This document shows positions 40,405-52,250 of a DNA stretch of 64,000 nucleotides, in pieces. The stretch comes from Vicugna vicugna. Lineage: Eukaryota. How positions within the stretch are numbered: position 1 is the first letter of the stretch; every line of letters begins with the position of its first letter. The translations under genes and the position numbers were made by a program. Where the stretch lies: NCBI GenBank assembly GCA_013265495.1, contig MU058337.1:1418777-1482776 (forward strand), written 5' to 3'. Under the pieces are notes generated by a model that saw only the letters and a program-made list of their open reading frames with translations, was not told the origin of the DNA and made no database searches.

Positions 40405-40632
40405 GAACAATGGGTGGAAATTACAGGAAGACAGATTTCAGTTTGGTAGCAGGAACTCTGTAACACTGGGGTTGTTCTCCAACGGAAGGCGCTGCCTTTG
40501 GAGACTCAATTTCCCATCACTGGAGAAACTGGAGGGTTGTTTGGAAGGGGGTTTCGGAGAGGAGAATGGAAGAGCAAAAGCGCACCTGCAGTAGATGGCT
40601 TTTAAGGTTCCTTCCCACTCTCCAAAATGTGT
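40405..40632 (+). mobile_element. L3/CR1 3' end
   Basis: GGAAATTACAGGAAGACAGATTTCAG...TTCCCATCACTGGAG...TAGATGGCTTTTAAGGTTCCTTCC. Confidence 0.65.
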
Positions 40633-43600
40633 TTGGCCTGTGAGACAATCAAATCCCAGACTCACAGGGGAGAGGGACATCTTTGCTTTCTCCATCATGT
40701 TTGCTCTCCCATGATGACTGAGCAAAAGTTCTAAGACAGTCCAGTGCTCTAGGGGGAGAGCTCCCCACATCCACCTCCAGCCCATTCCATGGACTGAAGA
40801 ACTCTTGGTTCAAGAGGTATTTTAAATAAGTCCTGAACCTGATCCCGATGTCTTAGCTTGTGTGTGATGTTGGCTGCAAAGTGTCCTGAGCCCTCACCCT
40901 CGAGAGCAGTATCACCTTCCAGGCTCTTTTGTCCTTACAATCATGCATTTAGGTGTAGTAATTCAATATCTCACTAAATCTTAGCAAAATAAAAGAGAAA
41001 CATAAAACGTAGAATAACACAACTTCCTTGCACACAAAGCTTTACAAAGGAGGCCAGCAAGTGTGTTTCAGACATCTCACAAAGTTCACATTGTATTGTG
41101 AAACTATTTTTAATGAAGCTGTAATTATGCTACAAGAATGCAATAAAACATCTGAAACCTGAAATTTCCTATTTTTATCACCTCCTGTAAAATTTTCAAA
41201 AGGGCCAAAATGATTTGTTTCAAAATGTGTACAGACATAATTGGATTGAGAGTTTTCATGCCAAGTTTCCATGTGGAATGAAACCTAGAGACTGTTACTT
41301 CATAAACCACTGCAACCATGAGCACAAAATGAAAAGGGTAAAACATTATGGAATACAAGTATAATCAAACTTAACACACCCTGGAAGTAACCACACTGAT
41401 CTGCCATCTCCCAGTGTGGGGTTCAGCACAGGGACCTCTTTTACATCACAGAGTGTTCACAAATAATTGGTTTTACCTGAATCCCCTAATTACTTCTGGA
41501 AAGAGAAACGCTATATACATGAACTTTTGTATGTGAACACACAATACGAAGTGCTAATCCTACGCTGGTTAATTTTTTTTTTTTTTTGCCTACATTGGTT
41601 AATTTTTAAGCACAAAAGTATTCTGGATCGTTCAGAAGGATGAAATACCAGCTCCCTCAATTTTCTCCTTGCAACACAAATCCTTATTCCTTGTTACAAA
41701 ACTCTGGCAAAAATCTAATCTTTGGGTGCCAAGCAGATACATTTTAGCATACAAATTGAATATAAGAAGTTTATTTCAGATTGTGATTTGTTATAACAGT
41801 CCTGCCAAATGACCAGAAATTAATCATACTCCCAAACGTGTAAGGATATAGGGAGATGTTACTTATCTCATGATTTCAGATTTAATTTTAATTCACACCT
41901 TTCTTAAAGCCATTCTTGAAGATCAGTCACTTAGGAAACAGGCAAACCCTCCTCAATTGCAAATCAAGTTTCTGTTTTTGGTGGAAGTCCTTTCCAAAGC
42001 ATTCATCTCTGTCAGTGTATCCAGTGTATGGTCTTTCGTGAACAGCTTTCAGAATTAAGTAGAGCAATTCTGTGTACCATCTGGCTCCATGAGCAAAAAG
42101 TTTTTTTTTTTCCTACGTGAAAATGTAAAACTGATCTGCCCCCTAGTCTAGACATATAATCTTTCCAAGGATATTGTCCATCTCCTCATCCATTCCAAAT
42201 GGATGGAATTTTAGATGGACCAGTAATCAGAGGAGAAAGGAATGGAATTTTATTTCATATGTTTACTTAAGTTGTTTTTTAAAGAACATAGGATTGGAAT
42301 CACTTTTTTAAGAGTACCACCATCCCTGGGAACCGGCCCAATACTTATTTTTTACTATGTGACAATTGAGCATGTTTTCAGAAATACAGTAGAAAACACT
42401 GCACAACGGAGGCAACACGGGTCTTATTTAGCTGCTGCAGATGTCAGTGGTTAGAACTACCCAGCTTTCACTGGTTGATCCGGAATTAGATCTTCTTCCC
42501 TTGGTAACCGGTCCAAACACACGGGTTTACGCTAATATACTAGATAAAATCACAGCCAGTGGGGGAACTACAATAAGAGTGAATTAGATCTCTCTTTAAT
42601 CGTTCTGTTAACTCAGTGGATTGTCTGCATGCGCAAAGTGAGTTTGGGTTTCAGCCATGGAGTGGTTTTTCCTCCCATCTTTCTGCAGCCCCACCAGAAC
42701 AGTATGCTGTGCGGTGACAAGTATGGACAAGGCCACAGGGCCTAAGTTCTCCAGCTCCTGCTGCCGTGAAACTTTTCGATCGATGATTTTTAAAACACTT
42801 AAACCACCCAAAAAAACTTTCCTAAAGAAACCTTGTCTTTGTTCTACAAAAAAATAATTGATGTAATGGGTATCCATGGGGGTGGGGGTGGGTAAAGAGT
42901 GTTCTCATCTCTACTGTGCAAACCTGTAGAAATTGAGGCCACCTAGATTCCAACTGATCTGTTTAGAATTCATCTTAGAATCCTGAAGGATAAGATAGGA
43001 TTCTGTGTGCTAAATTAAGCTTCAGTGTAAGACGATCTTTTATCAGGATTGATGGATAATCAATCAAGAAGCCCTAAAAGGTCATGGTCGATTCACTGCA
43101 AAGATCAGATCAGCTCACATTTCCAAAGCTGAGCCATGCGCCCCTCCAGCTGGAGGAGCAGCTCCATAGGCTGAAGTGCCCCCGGGCTGGAACCTGCCCC
43201 CTCCCTTCCTCTAGGCAAGTCACTGACCATCTCTGTGCCTCAGTTAATCTGCACTATGACTATAACAGCGCCTTCCTTGGAATGCTGTTCGGGGGGTTTA
43301 ATGTGTTAATACTTAGGTAAATTAAAAAATAAAGGTCTTTCTCTCAGCCCTTGACCTGTACCACTGACATTTTGAGGAGAGAAATTTTCATAAAGACTCA
43401 TGAAATAGAAATTTTCAAAAGTGGTCCCCTAGGACAGCTGGAGGTAAAACTGTGAGCTCCCTATTCACACCCTTTTGTCACTTGGAATGCTCCCCCATCC
43501 TCTGTCCCCACTTCTTATTCTGCTCTTTAGTTTCCCTGTGGCATGAAAATAGACACAGCTCCTTCAGCACTCTCTTTCCACCTCTTCCCAGAGGCTCAGA

Positions 43601-43803
43601 TTTAGGCTTTTAGAGATTTAACAATGGAAAGGAAAAAGAGCCCATAATCAATTGATTCTAATGACATCTGCTTATTGATAAGAGCGTTTGACATTGGCCC
43701 AAGGTAAGTGTATCATTTCAGACCACGTGATATGGGGTAAAATTTTTAGCTGCAGGTCTTCCTAGCCTTCACATCAAGCAGCTCACCCCAATTCTTAAGA
43801 CTA

Positions 43804-43849
43804 TCAGCCTCAGAAATTCAGCCTCAGAAATTCAGCCTCAGAAATTCAG
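43804..43849 (+). repeat. Perfect 14-bp tandem repeat (TCAGCCTCAGAAAT) x3.3
   Basis: Identical units at 43804, 43818 and 43832, plus TCAG. Confidence 0.95.
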
Positions 43850-45284
43850 GCATAACCCTAGGATCACACTTTTCTTTCAGTAAACCATGTTGTTTCCACT
43901 CAAAAGAGCAGTCAATGTGACCAGTATCAGTCTTACAGAACCAACTTACCCATATGGCATTCGGATAGAAACATTCAAAGAACGTTTTCATTTTTCATCA
44001 ACTGTATTTTTATGTGAAATAACAGAAAAACACCTAAAAGGCTTGATGATTTAAGTTAACAAATTCTGATTTATAGAGGCACAATTTTTCATGTGTAATT
44101 TTTTTCTGTGTAATCAAACAGCAAAGAATAAATATCTCGCGATTTCCAATGGGACTGTCTGTTGTGGTTAAAATAAAACTTTTGAGTGATAAGTGTTTGT
44201 CTTTCTGTCATGTTAACATCTTTTCAGTCTGCGCTGGAGTGGGTGAGCTGCAGCTACTGTAGCCCACACGCCAGCGGGTGATTTACCGTTCTTGCCGCTA
44301 GGGGGAGGTGAAGCGAAGACAGTGAGCCACGTCTGCACAGAATGGACGGGGAGAAGTGGAAGAAAGGTAGTGAAGGCAAAGCCCAAATGAAAGGGGAAAG
44401 AGGAGGTGCCAGGAGGGAGAGGGGCTCCGGCTGGGCCTCAGGGGTATTTAGGGAATCGGCCATGAGTGTCCTGGGGTTAATGATTAGGTGCTTTGGTAAG
44501 CAAGCAAAGGCGGGGGCCTGCCAAAGGGAGCTTGCCAGGGGCTTCCGTTTCTGAGACAACAGAGATGGACCCCTGCTCCCTCTTTCATCTGTGCTCCCCA
44601 GCGAGGAGTGCAGGGAAATGAAGTCACGGATTATCAATGAGAATCGGGATTTTTGAGAAATTATCAGCCATGACATGGAACCCACTGATAACCTGCTTGG
44701 TTTCGCTTTGTTTTTGTTTAGTTTCCCTACTTGGCACAAATTCCTTCCATAACCTCAGGGAGGTGGAGTTGGGGAGGGGGTGCTGGGCTGGGAGGGGCAA
44801 TGCCAAGTGTGGGGACTGCAAATCAAGCCCCAGTGACAGGCTCAGTGGAAGCGAGCACTGCACCTGTGTTTCAAACAACAACAACAAAATCTCCTCCCAA
44901 AAGTCATGGCCTATTCAGCATTTCCCCCAAAATCATGGCAGAAATGGCCGTTGAAATGGATTGTTAATTGTCTGGGTTCAGACACTGATAAGAGTAAACC
45001 TGCTGAGGCCAGCTGGGCTTTTGTCACTGTGGCTCCTAAGGGACATTGTTCCAGCCAGGGAATCCTGGGAGGATAAGGGAAGGAAGAGGGGATGGGGAGG
45101 AGGAACCCAGGCAGCCAGCCTGGCCCTCCAGGAAAAGCCTTTCCCCAAATGACCAGATCCAAGAGGCAGGAAGAACCCCCATCCGTCCCAGCCAGGAGCT
45201 CAAAACTTGTCTCCAGAGGGGCCCTTTGTGTCAAGCCAGAGTCCAAACCATACCCAGAAGACAGCTGGAAAGCTTTGCTAGCCA

Positions 45285-45522
45285 TGCCAGCACTCTATCA
45301 CATTATTCTAATTCTCGGCATAGCATTTATCACTGTCTAATATTGACTTATGCGTTCGCTCATTTATTTATCCATTTCTTTATTGTAATTGCCTGTATCT
45401 CGCCACTGAAACATGAGCTCCAGGAGAGCAGAGACTTTTTCTGCATTGCTCACCATGCCAGGCCCAGAAAATAATCTAGGCGCGACATCGCAAGTGCTTG
45501 GTCACTATGCCTGCATGAATAA
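45285..45522 (+). mobile_element. L2 LINE 3' end
   Basis: CATAGCATTTATCACTGTCTAATATT...CCACTGAAACATGAGCTCCAGGAGAGCAGAGACTTTT...GCATGAATAA. Confidence 0.7.
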
Positions 45523-46011
45523 GGATCTGTATTTGAGAGACATCTCCCCATAGCAGTGTGGATGATAGACTGTGGTTTGGGGGATGGAAGGAGAGAGCAA
45601 AACTGGAAACTGAGGCAGGAAGTAGGAAACATGCATGTAACGTATCTCATTTCCACTCCCAGGGGTTGTGATAATCCGTGCTGCGAGACAGCAGGACAGA
45701 AGCCTGAGTCTACAGTGTGCGGGGCAGGGAGGCAATTAAGGCCAAGTATAGGAGCAGTGTTTAGGGGGCGAATCAGGTGACACAAGAGGTGGGCATTCCA
45801 GAGGGGCCAGGTGCGAACAGAAGTATAAACCAGGGAGCAGGAAACCCTGCGGTCCCAGGCACAGGGGGCTAGTTACAGCCAGGGGAGCAGGTGTCATGCA
45901 CCCTCCCTTCCCCCAAAGAAATGGGAGTTGAAGGAAAAGCCTGAGAATGAGGCTGGGGAGAAGCAATGCTTAATAAGGGATGGACAGGTCAAGAGGAGTT
46001 TAAAAGGGGAC

Positions 46012-46625
46012 AGTGTGGCTGCACTGGTGCCCAGGTTCCCCTCGTTGTCCCCCAACTCTGGTAGTGTTGGTAGCTCCAGGCTCTCTTCTGAGCCCCTCGC
46101 TGGGAACTGCCCTCAGTGAAAAGAGCCGCCCCTCACCAAGTTCACAGCATCCAGTGGCTGGTCCGGGAAGGGAGGAGATAGAGGCCTGAACCCTCCCTCA
46201 ACGCTGGACAAGTCTGAAAGGCCACCTCAGCTCAGAGTCTCTGTGGGATGGACTGAGGCCCTTCTTACAGGTACAATTCTACTTCTGCTCAGGGTTACTT
46301 CTGTTATTCCTCTGAGGCAAAGACACCAAGGTCAATTCTCGGGAAACCTGTTTCACACTAATCTTCATGTCTGTCTCCAGAGAACCTGACCTCAGACAGC
46401 TGGCGCTGGGAGTAAGCCGAGGAAACAGACACTAAAACGGAATCACAGAGCTGGGTCATCCACCTGCCAGCTATAAACGAAGCCCCATCCCTGGTGGGCC
46501 CCAGTGATGGGCAAGGCCCTGGGAGTCCCAGCTTGCTGGAGAAGCACATTGCTAAAACCTGCAGTGGTGATGTGGGTGATGAACTAGGATGGGGCGTCCC
46601 AGAGAGAATACCCTGACCCAGGAGA
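46012..46625 (+). mobile_element. LTR16A-type LTR (~46012-46398) plus start of ERV3-16A3-like internal region (46399-~46625)
   Basis: LTR end CCAGAGAACCTGACCTCAGACA followed directly by GCTGGCGCTGGGAGTAAGCCGAGGAAACAGACACTAAAACGGAAT...GAGCTGGGTCATCCACCTGCCAGC...CCCCATCCCTGGTGG...ATTGCTAAAACCT, resembling the recalled ERV3-16A3 leader. Confidence 0.7.
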
Positions 46626-46629
46626 CGGA

Positions 46630-46820
46630 AGTCTACTGGGATTTGCTTTAATATAATCTAGTTAGAGAGTCACAGAGGGAGAGTGAAGGTAGGTATACGT
46701 GAAGCTAGAGTGGCCGTGACATTGGGAAGTTGGGTAATGGGTACAAGGAGATTCATTTATGCTTTCTCTACTATGTGTATATATAAAAGGTTTCCATAAT
46801 AAAAGCTAAAAAACAGAAAG
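46630..46820 (+). mobile_element. L1M 3' terminus
   Basis: GGGTAATGGGTACAAGGAGATTCATTTATGCTTTCTCTACTATGTG...TTTCCATAATAAAAG plus A-rich tail. Confidence 0.7.
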
Positions 46821-47079
46821 GGAGTAGATATCAATGAATACCGTTTGGGTGGCAAAAACAGACAATTAGGAAACCAAGACTTACCTTTTCGCCATCTCTC
46901 AGCGGCGCTGTCCTGGGTGTTGGGGATATAGCGGTGAACAACACAGGTGAAAATTCTTGCCCTTATGAAGATTACATTCTAGTGGGGAGAAACAGATAGT
47001 AAACAAAATGATCGGGACTGAGAAAGTGTTTTTGTGCACCTGTGTGTTGACTCTGCTTTTTCTTCCTTCCCCTAGGAGC

Positions 47080-47555
47080 ACAGATTGTAGTCTTGGAAAC
47101 AACATAACTGGTTCAGGGATCAATACAGTGCAATGAAGGTATTGTATGAAAGGACTAGGATCACAGGCTGCATATATAAGTCCTTCATTGACCGAGCGGC
47201 CATGTGCCCCTAACCCATAAAGTAGAAATACTGTTTCCTTCTCCTCGAATCTAGCAGTACTTACAGCCTGGAAGGAATCCCCTGGAGGGAACCAGAGCCA
47301 GCTACATGTTTTCCTACAGCTCTATGAGATGCAAAATGACTTCAGCAGCTCCACACCCTACAAGCTCTGTCACTCAGGTTGGCGGGGAAGACCAGAGTTT
47401 CTTTCCCCAGATATTAAGCAAAAGCTCCATTACATGCTATTGGCTCTGATTGGGTCGTGTACCCTGGACCAATGATTGTTATCAGATGAATACAGTCACT
47501 GATTGACTCAGGCTAAGTCTTATGCTCCTTTCCTGAGCTGAGGGTGGAGTCTTGC
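47080..47555 (-). mobile_element. Old MLT1 (J/K-type) MaLR LTR fragment
   Basis: CTATTGGCTCTGATTGGGTCGTGTACCCTGGACCAATGATTG...CTGATTGACTCAGGCTAAGTC...GGGTGGAGTC. Confidence 0.55.
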
Positions 47556-47634
47556 TCAAGGACTAATCGCACAGGGTTTGTTTTGACAGTTGAGTTGACA
47601 GGATTTGATGATGATTTTTAAAGGAATAATAGAG

Positions 47635-49374
47635 CAGTGATTTTCAATGGGGTGCCACCACTCAGAAGGGAGTTTTTAAATTTTGTGGGAGTATTTCTGA
47701 TTGTCACAATTATTAAAGGGGAGCTACCAGCATTTAGAAGGCAAGAGCCAAGGATATCTTGCCTTGCACAGGGTAGTTTTCAAAAAGAAGATAGCTCTGA
47801 ATCCTGCATAATCTTCATGTATCTCATCCAAAATTAACCCTGAATGTATACTCTACCACAAGATGGGTTGCAAAGCGATTTGTTTTCTATAATACTATTG
47901 CCACCCTGACCCATATCATAACATAGAAAATTTTGTCCCTACCCTTATAAATAATAAATAAAGCTGAATTCATGTCTAAGATTCCCACACCTCATGTTTT
48001 TCACTTTAATGGTCTCAGTCTGTAACTTGTCTTGACATGTTATCAACTTATCCAGTTCAATTAAGGATATTTCCCTCATCCTTGCGAGAAAGAGATCAAA
48101 CTGTGAAGCCCCTTCAAGGTTTTCCCCATTGTCATCACAGAAGGAGGGGCCTCATACCATCAAAGAAGGAAGACCAGACATCCTGATGCCAAGAAGAGAA
48201 GGAAAAAGTGCAGTTATAGTCAAAGTTTAGCACATATTTAAGTGGGGGTAAAAAACTATTTCAAAGAGCACTGATAATATGTGTTTTTAAGATTAAAACA
48301 TTTGCCCAGGAAAACATTTAGATTCTATAAACAAACTACTCTGCTTGTCCAGGGAAGTAAAACATCAAGAGTCCCACTGTTCACTAAGTTTTTAAATTTA
48401 GAATACATGGTATGAAGATTGCTTGGCTATAAAGGGGATGACTTTTGCTGACATTGGAGTAACTCCAGTTTTCCTAAAACTAGTTTGCAATCTAACATTG
48501 TTTTTTTAAGTCATCTCTGCTCTCTCCCAGTTCTGAACTTTCTGTTTAGAATGACTTCTGCTCTTAATTCCCTTAATTCTTCAGAAACAGATGCAAGCAT
48601 CTGAACACTTCATTATGCAGTGTTGGTTTCTACTGCTAAGTAACTCTGTATCCTGAAATTTAGTTGCTTAGAAAAACGTGTATTATCTCACGTTACTCTG
48701 GGTCAGGAATCCAGGTACAGCTCAGCTGGTCCCTCTGGCTCAGGGCCTCTGGACAAGGCTGCAGTCAAGACATCCACTAGGGCTTCTGTCTCCTGTGAAG
48801 GCTCACTGGGGTTGGATCCACTTCTAAGCTCATTCATGTGGTTACTGCAGGATTCAGTTCCATACAGGCTTTAGGACTGAGGGTCTCAGCTCCTCACTGG
48901 TGATAGGCCAGAGCTTCTACATAGTTTGTTCCAACATAGTCCTTTCTGTAAGTCTGCTTGCTTCATCAGAATAAGCAAAAACCAGAGAGAGAGGGAAGGA
49001 GACAGAGGATGGAAGTCACAGTTTTTATAATGTAATCCTGGAAGTGGCATCTCATCATTTCGCTGCATTCTATTTATTAGAAGTAAGTCACTTGGTCCAT
49101 CCCACACTCAGGTGGAAGAGATGACACAAAAGAATAATTTAACTTGGAGCCATTTAAGATGCTACCTACCACACAACCCAAGCATTTGCACAATAAAATA
49201 AATCTTCCTATTATAAATTGTATTCCTTTTATTTCTCTACTTTATTATGGCTAAGGCATTACTGGGTGTAACCTACATTGTCAATGAATTCCAGTATAGA
49301 AGGGAAAGAGAGCACTGCAAAATATTTGCTATAAAAAGGGGGATGTCGAGTCTGCCAGAGCTGGGAATACCATC
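47635..49374 (+). mobile_element. MER20B/Charlie-type hAT element, interrupted by an MLT1F LTR
   Basis: Left end CAGTGATTTTCAATGGGG; AGATGCAAGCATCTGAACACTTCATTATG before the LTR and CCCAAGCATTTGCAC...AAAATATTTGCTATAAAAAGGGGG after it are nearly contiguous in MER20B as I recall it. Confidence 0.65.
48621..49173 (-). mobile_element. MLT1F-type MaLR LTR
   Basis: TCTGGGTCAGGAATCCAGG...CTCTGGCTCAGGG...GGATCCACTTCTAAGCTCATTCATGTGGTT...GGAAGTGGCATCTCATCATTTCGCTGCATTCTATT...CTACCACA. Confidence 0.85.
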
Positions 49375-49829
49375 CCAGATTATGCACAGTTCTAATAGGA
49401 ATGAAGCATTCGGCAGGGAGAGATTGACAGTGGAGAAGGATGGAACAGAAATCCTTGAGAAGCCAGAGGAGATGGGAATCAGAGCATATTAGAGGGGCTG
49501 GATTTTGATAAAGACAGAAAAATATGCATAAGAGAAACTTAGAGGAAATAGGATGATTATTTTCAAATATCTGAATGACATCCTGTGGAAGAGGAGCTAG
49601 ATATATTTAACATGGCCCCGATTGGTAGGATTTAGACTAATGAATGGGAATTAGAAGGCACAAAGATGCATGAATGGGAAAGAAGAGATTTTTACCAAGC
49701 AGAGCCATCCAAAGCTAAACAAGGCTGCCAGAAAATGGGTTTAACAAAACTTACTGCCTGCAAGCATTGGATCCATGCCTATGCTACCTCATCACATGAT
49801 AGAAAGATTAGAGCAAGAGGTGGTGGGAA

Positions 49830-49978
49830 GGAGGGGAGGGTATAGCTCAAGTGTAGAGCACATGCTTAGCCTGCAGGAGATCCTGGGATCAATCCCCAGT
49901 ACCTCCATTAATTAAACAAACAAATAAACCTAATTACCTCCCCTCCAAAGTTAAAAAAAATAGTAATAATAATAATAA
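49830..49978 (+). mobile_element. tRNA-derived camelid SINE (Vic-1 type), full length with TSD
   Basis: GGGGAGGGTATAGCTCAAGTGTAGAGC (A box), GGATCAATCC (B-box-like), CCCAGTACCTCC, ACCTAATTACCTCCCC and an A/AAT tail; 10-bp direct repeat GTGGTGGGAA at 49820-49829 and 49979-49988. Confidence 0.88.
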
Positions 49979-50006
49979 GTGGTGGGAATAAATGGCCATT
50001 AAGAGG

Positions 50007-50236
50007 ATGTGGAAGATTAAGAGGTAAAAACTATCAAGCATAAAATAAGCTACAATATGTTGTACAACATGAGGAATATAGCCAATATTTTATAAGAGTG
50101 ATGAATGGAATATAACCTTTAAAACTAGTGACTCCCTATAGTGTATACATGTAACATATAATATTGCACATCAACCATACTTCAATTTAAAAAATAAGAT
50201 TTTGTAAAATAAATACATAAATAAAGAAAAAAAAAA
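50007..50236 (+). mobile_element. Younger L1 3' UTR fragment with poly(A) tail
   Basis: TGTACAACATGAGGAATATAGCCAATATTTTATAA...AATGGAATATAACCTTTAAAA...TCAACCATACTTCAATTTAAAAAA and an A-rich tail. Confidence 0.8.
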
Positions 50237-50807
50237 GGTTTCTTCCAGCCAAGAGGTTCTCGGACATGCTGAAGTATCATTTGCTAAGAGACTGTTTTGT
50301 GAAGATACCTGTGCTAGACCCCTTTTTCTTTCTCAAGAGCTTGTCTTTTAAAAGAAGAGAAGCTTTGACCTTTTAGTTTTTGTCTTGTTTATGTGGAAGC
50401 AGAAGTCAGCACCTCCTCAAGGTTCCAGATCTTAGAGGGCAAAAGATACCAACTAGAGCAAGGACAGCATGAGGCTAACGGACAAAAGTCCATCAAAGGA
50501 ATCAATTGTTATTCCTTCATTTAAAAATATTTATTGAATACCTTCCATGTGCCAGATCTTGTAAATTAATGGGCATTCTGCTAGAGGCTAGTTACAATTT
50601 TAATAGCAAGATATCCTTACCTGAGTGAAAGTAGGTCAGAGAGACAGAAGGACTTAAGCAGAACTTCTTAACTAGCTCCAAAATTTTCAGACACGTGGTA
50701 GACTGGCATCTTGGCAAAGGTTAATTAAAACAGTTAGGAAAGCTTCATATTTGACACAGACGTGGGCAGTTTTTCTCTGAACATGAAGTGATGAGGCGCA
50801 GAGGAGC

Positions 50808-51010
50808 TGTCTCAGGGTTGCTGGAAGCAGAGCCTGAGAGAGGCTATCTACACAAGAGGTTTATCAGAGAGTGACCATGGGAGAAGGGAGGTACAGGAAG
50901 TAGGTTAGAGCAAGGGAAAAAGCTAAGCAAGAATGTGGTTCCCCTGGAGATGAACCCACAGGGAGGCTCAGGAGTGGAGATGCACACAGTTCGTCCTACC
51001 TTGAGGCCAT
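50808..51010 (-). mobile_element. LTR16-type ERVL LTR, 3' portion
   Basis: TGTCTCAGGGTTGCTGGAAGCAGAGCCTGAGA...GGTTTATCAGAGAGTG...AAAGCTAAGCAAGAATGTGGT. Confidence 0.6.
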
Positions 51011-51034
51011 TTATGCCCATTTATTCAGCAACAT

Positions 51035-52250
51035 GAATATCACTCCTGACCTTAGTGAAAGCAGGCTGGGTGGTGAGGTAGGGGCAGAAACCTCCTTACT
51101 CTATTCAAGAGAACAGGAAGGGAGAAACTGCAGACAATGGGTGTGGACAACTCTTCTGACGATGGTAGACAATTGTAAATGCGAGCAGAGAAATGGAGTC
51201 ATAGCTGGATAGGTACACAGGGTCAAGAGGGTCTTTTTCAAATGGGAAAAAATTATCATATTTCTACGCTGATAGGGATAATCCAAGTGAGTAGAAAACA
51301 TGATGGTGCCAAGAGAAAGGTGAGAGTGGAGGGAGTGAAGGGAGGGGCAGCCAGAGCACGAGTGGAGGGTGTGTCCTTGGGATGATTCACCTCCAGGAAT
51401 ATGGGGAAAGATGGACTACAGGGGGATATACTCATATGACAGGAGGTCAGGGGTGGTGATGGGAGTGTGTGGGAGTTCTCTTCTGATTGCTTCCATTTTT
51501 CCCTGAAATAGAAAGCCTGTCATGAGGGAAAGTGAGGAGGACAGGAGACTAAGGACAGAAAACATGCTGGGGTTCGGGGAGAGAGGACGGAGGGTGAAAC
51601 AGTCACCTGGAGAGTGAGAAAGCAACTGGGATGAGGAAATTCTTGGTTAGAGATAACTTCACTAATTCAAGTAGTCTTTAGTTGATGACCTGAGAGTCCC
51701 TCAGGTGTGCAGCCTGAAAGACTGACTTCTCTTGCTTTTTCCGTATCACAGTATGTCCTTTACTTCTGTTCCATTCTCACTGTACTCACCAGAACTTCCA
51801 AACCACAGTGTGTTGTTGATTTCTATCTCCTAAACATCTTTCATTCTACTCCTTTCTCTTCATCTCAACTGCCACCACCTTAGGACAAGCTAATATTTCT
51901 CACCTGGACACTACAACAGCGTGTTAATTCATCTCCTCACATCTTGTCTGGCCCTTTTTCAATCCATCCTATGTTCCAAAGGCTGAGTGCGTTTTCCAAC
52001 ACACAAATCTGGTCTTGTCACCATCACTCATCCCTGCAATGGTTCCCACTGCTTTTTAGCTAAAGACCCTGTACAAGCTGCTCTCTCCTGTGTCCCCAGC
52101 TCCCTCCCACTCCTCTCCCTCACCCTGTGAGCATCAGCCACAGGTGCCTTCTCTCAGCTGTCCTCCAGTAACCACATGCCCTTCCCTCTGAAATACCTCT
52201 GCACCTCCCCAACTTTGCTCAGTTAATGCCTAGTCATCTTTCATATCTTG
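51035..52250. mobile_element. L2 fragments (minus ~51035-51640; plus ~51780-52250)
   Basis: TGACCTTAGTGAAAGCAG...GAGTTCTCTTCTGATTGCTTCCATTTTCCC (minus); TCTCACCTGGACACTACAACAGC...AAATCTGGTCTTGTCAC (plus). Confidence 0.65.

Noticed and set aside
43804..43849. CRISPR-like array
   Set aside because: Tandem units with no spacers, in mammalian DNA with no cas genes.
49830..49910. tRNA gene (also 58020-58090 on minus)
   Set aside because: A/B boxes are present, but with a SINE body, A-rich tail and (for 49830) a TSD; these are tRNA-derived SINEs.
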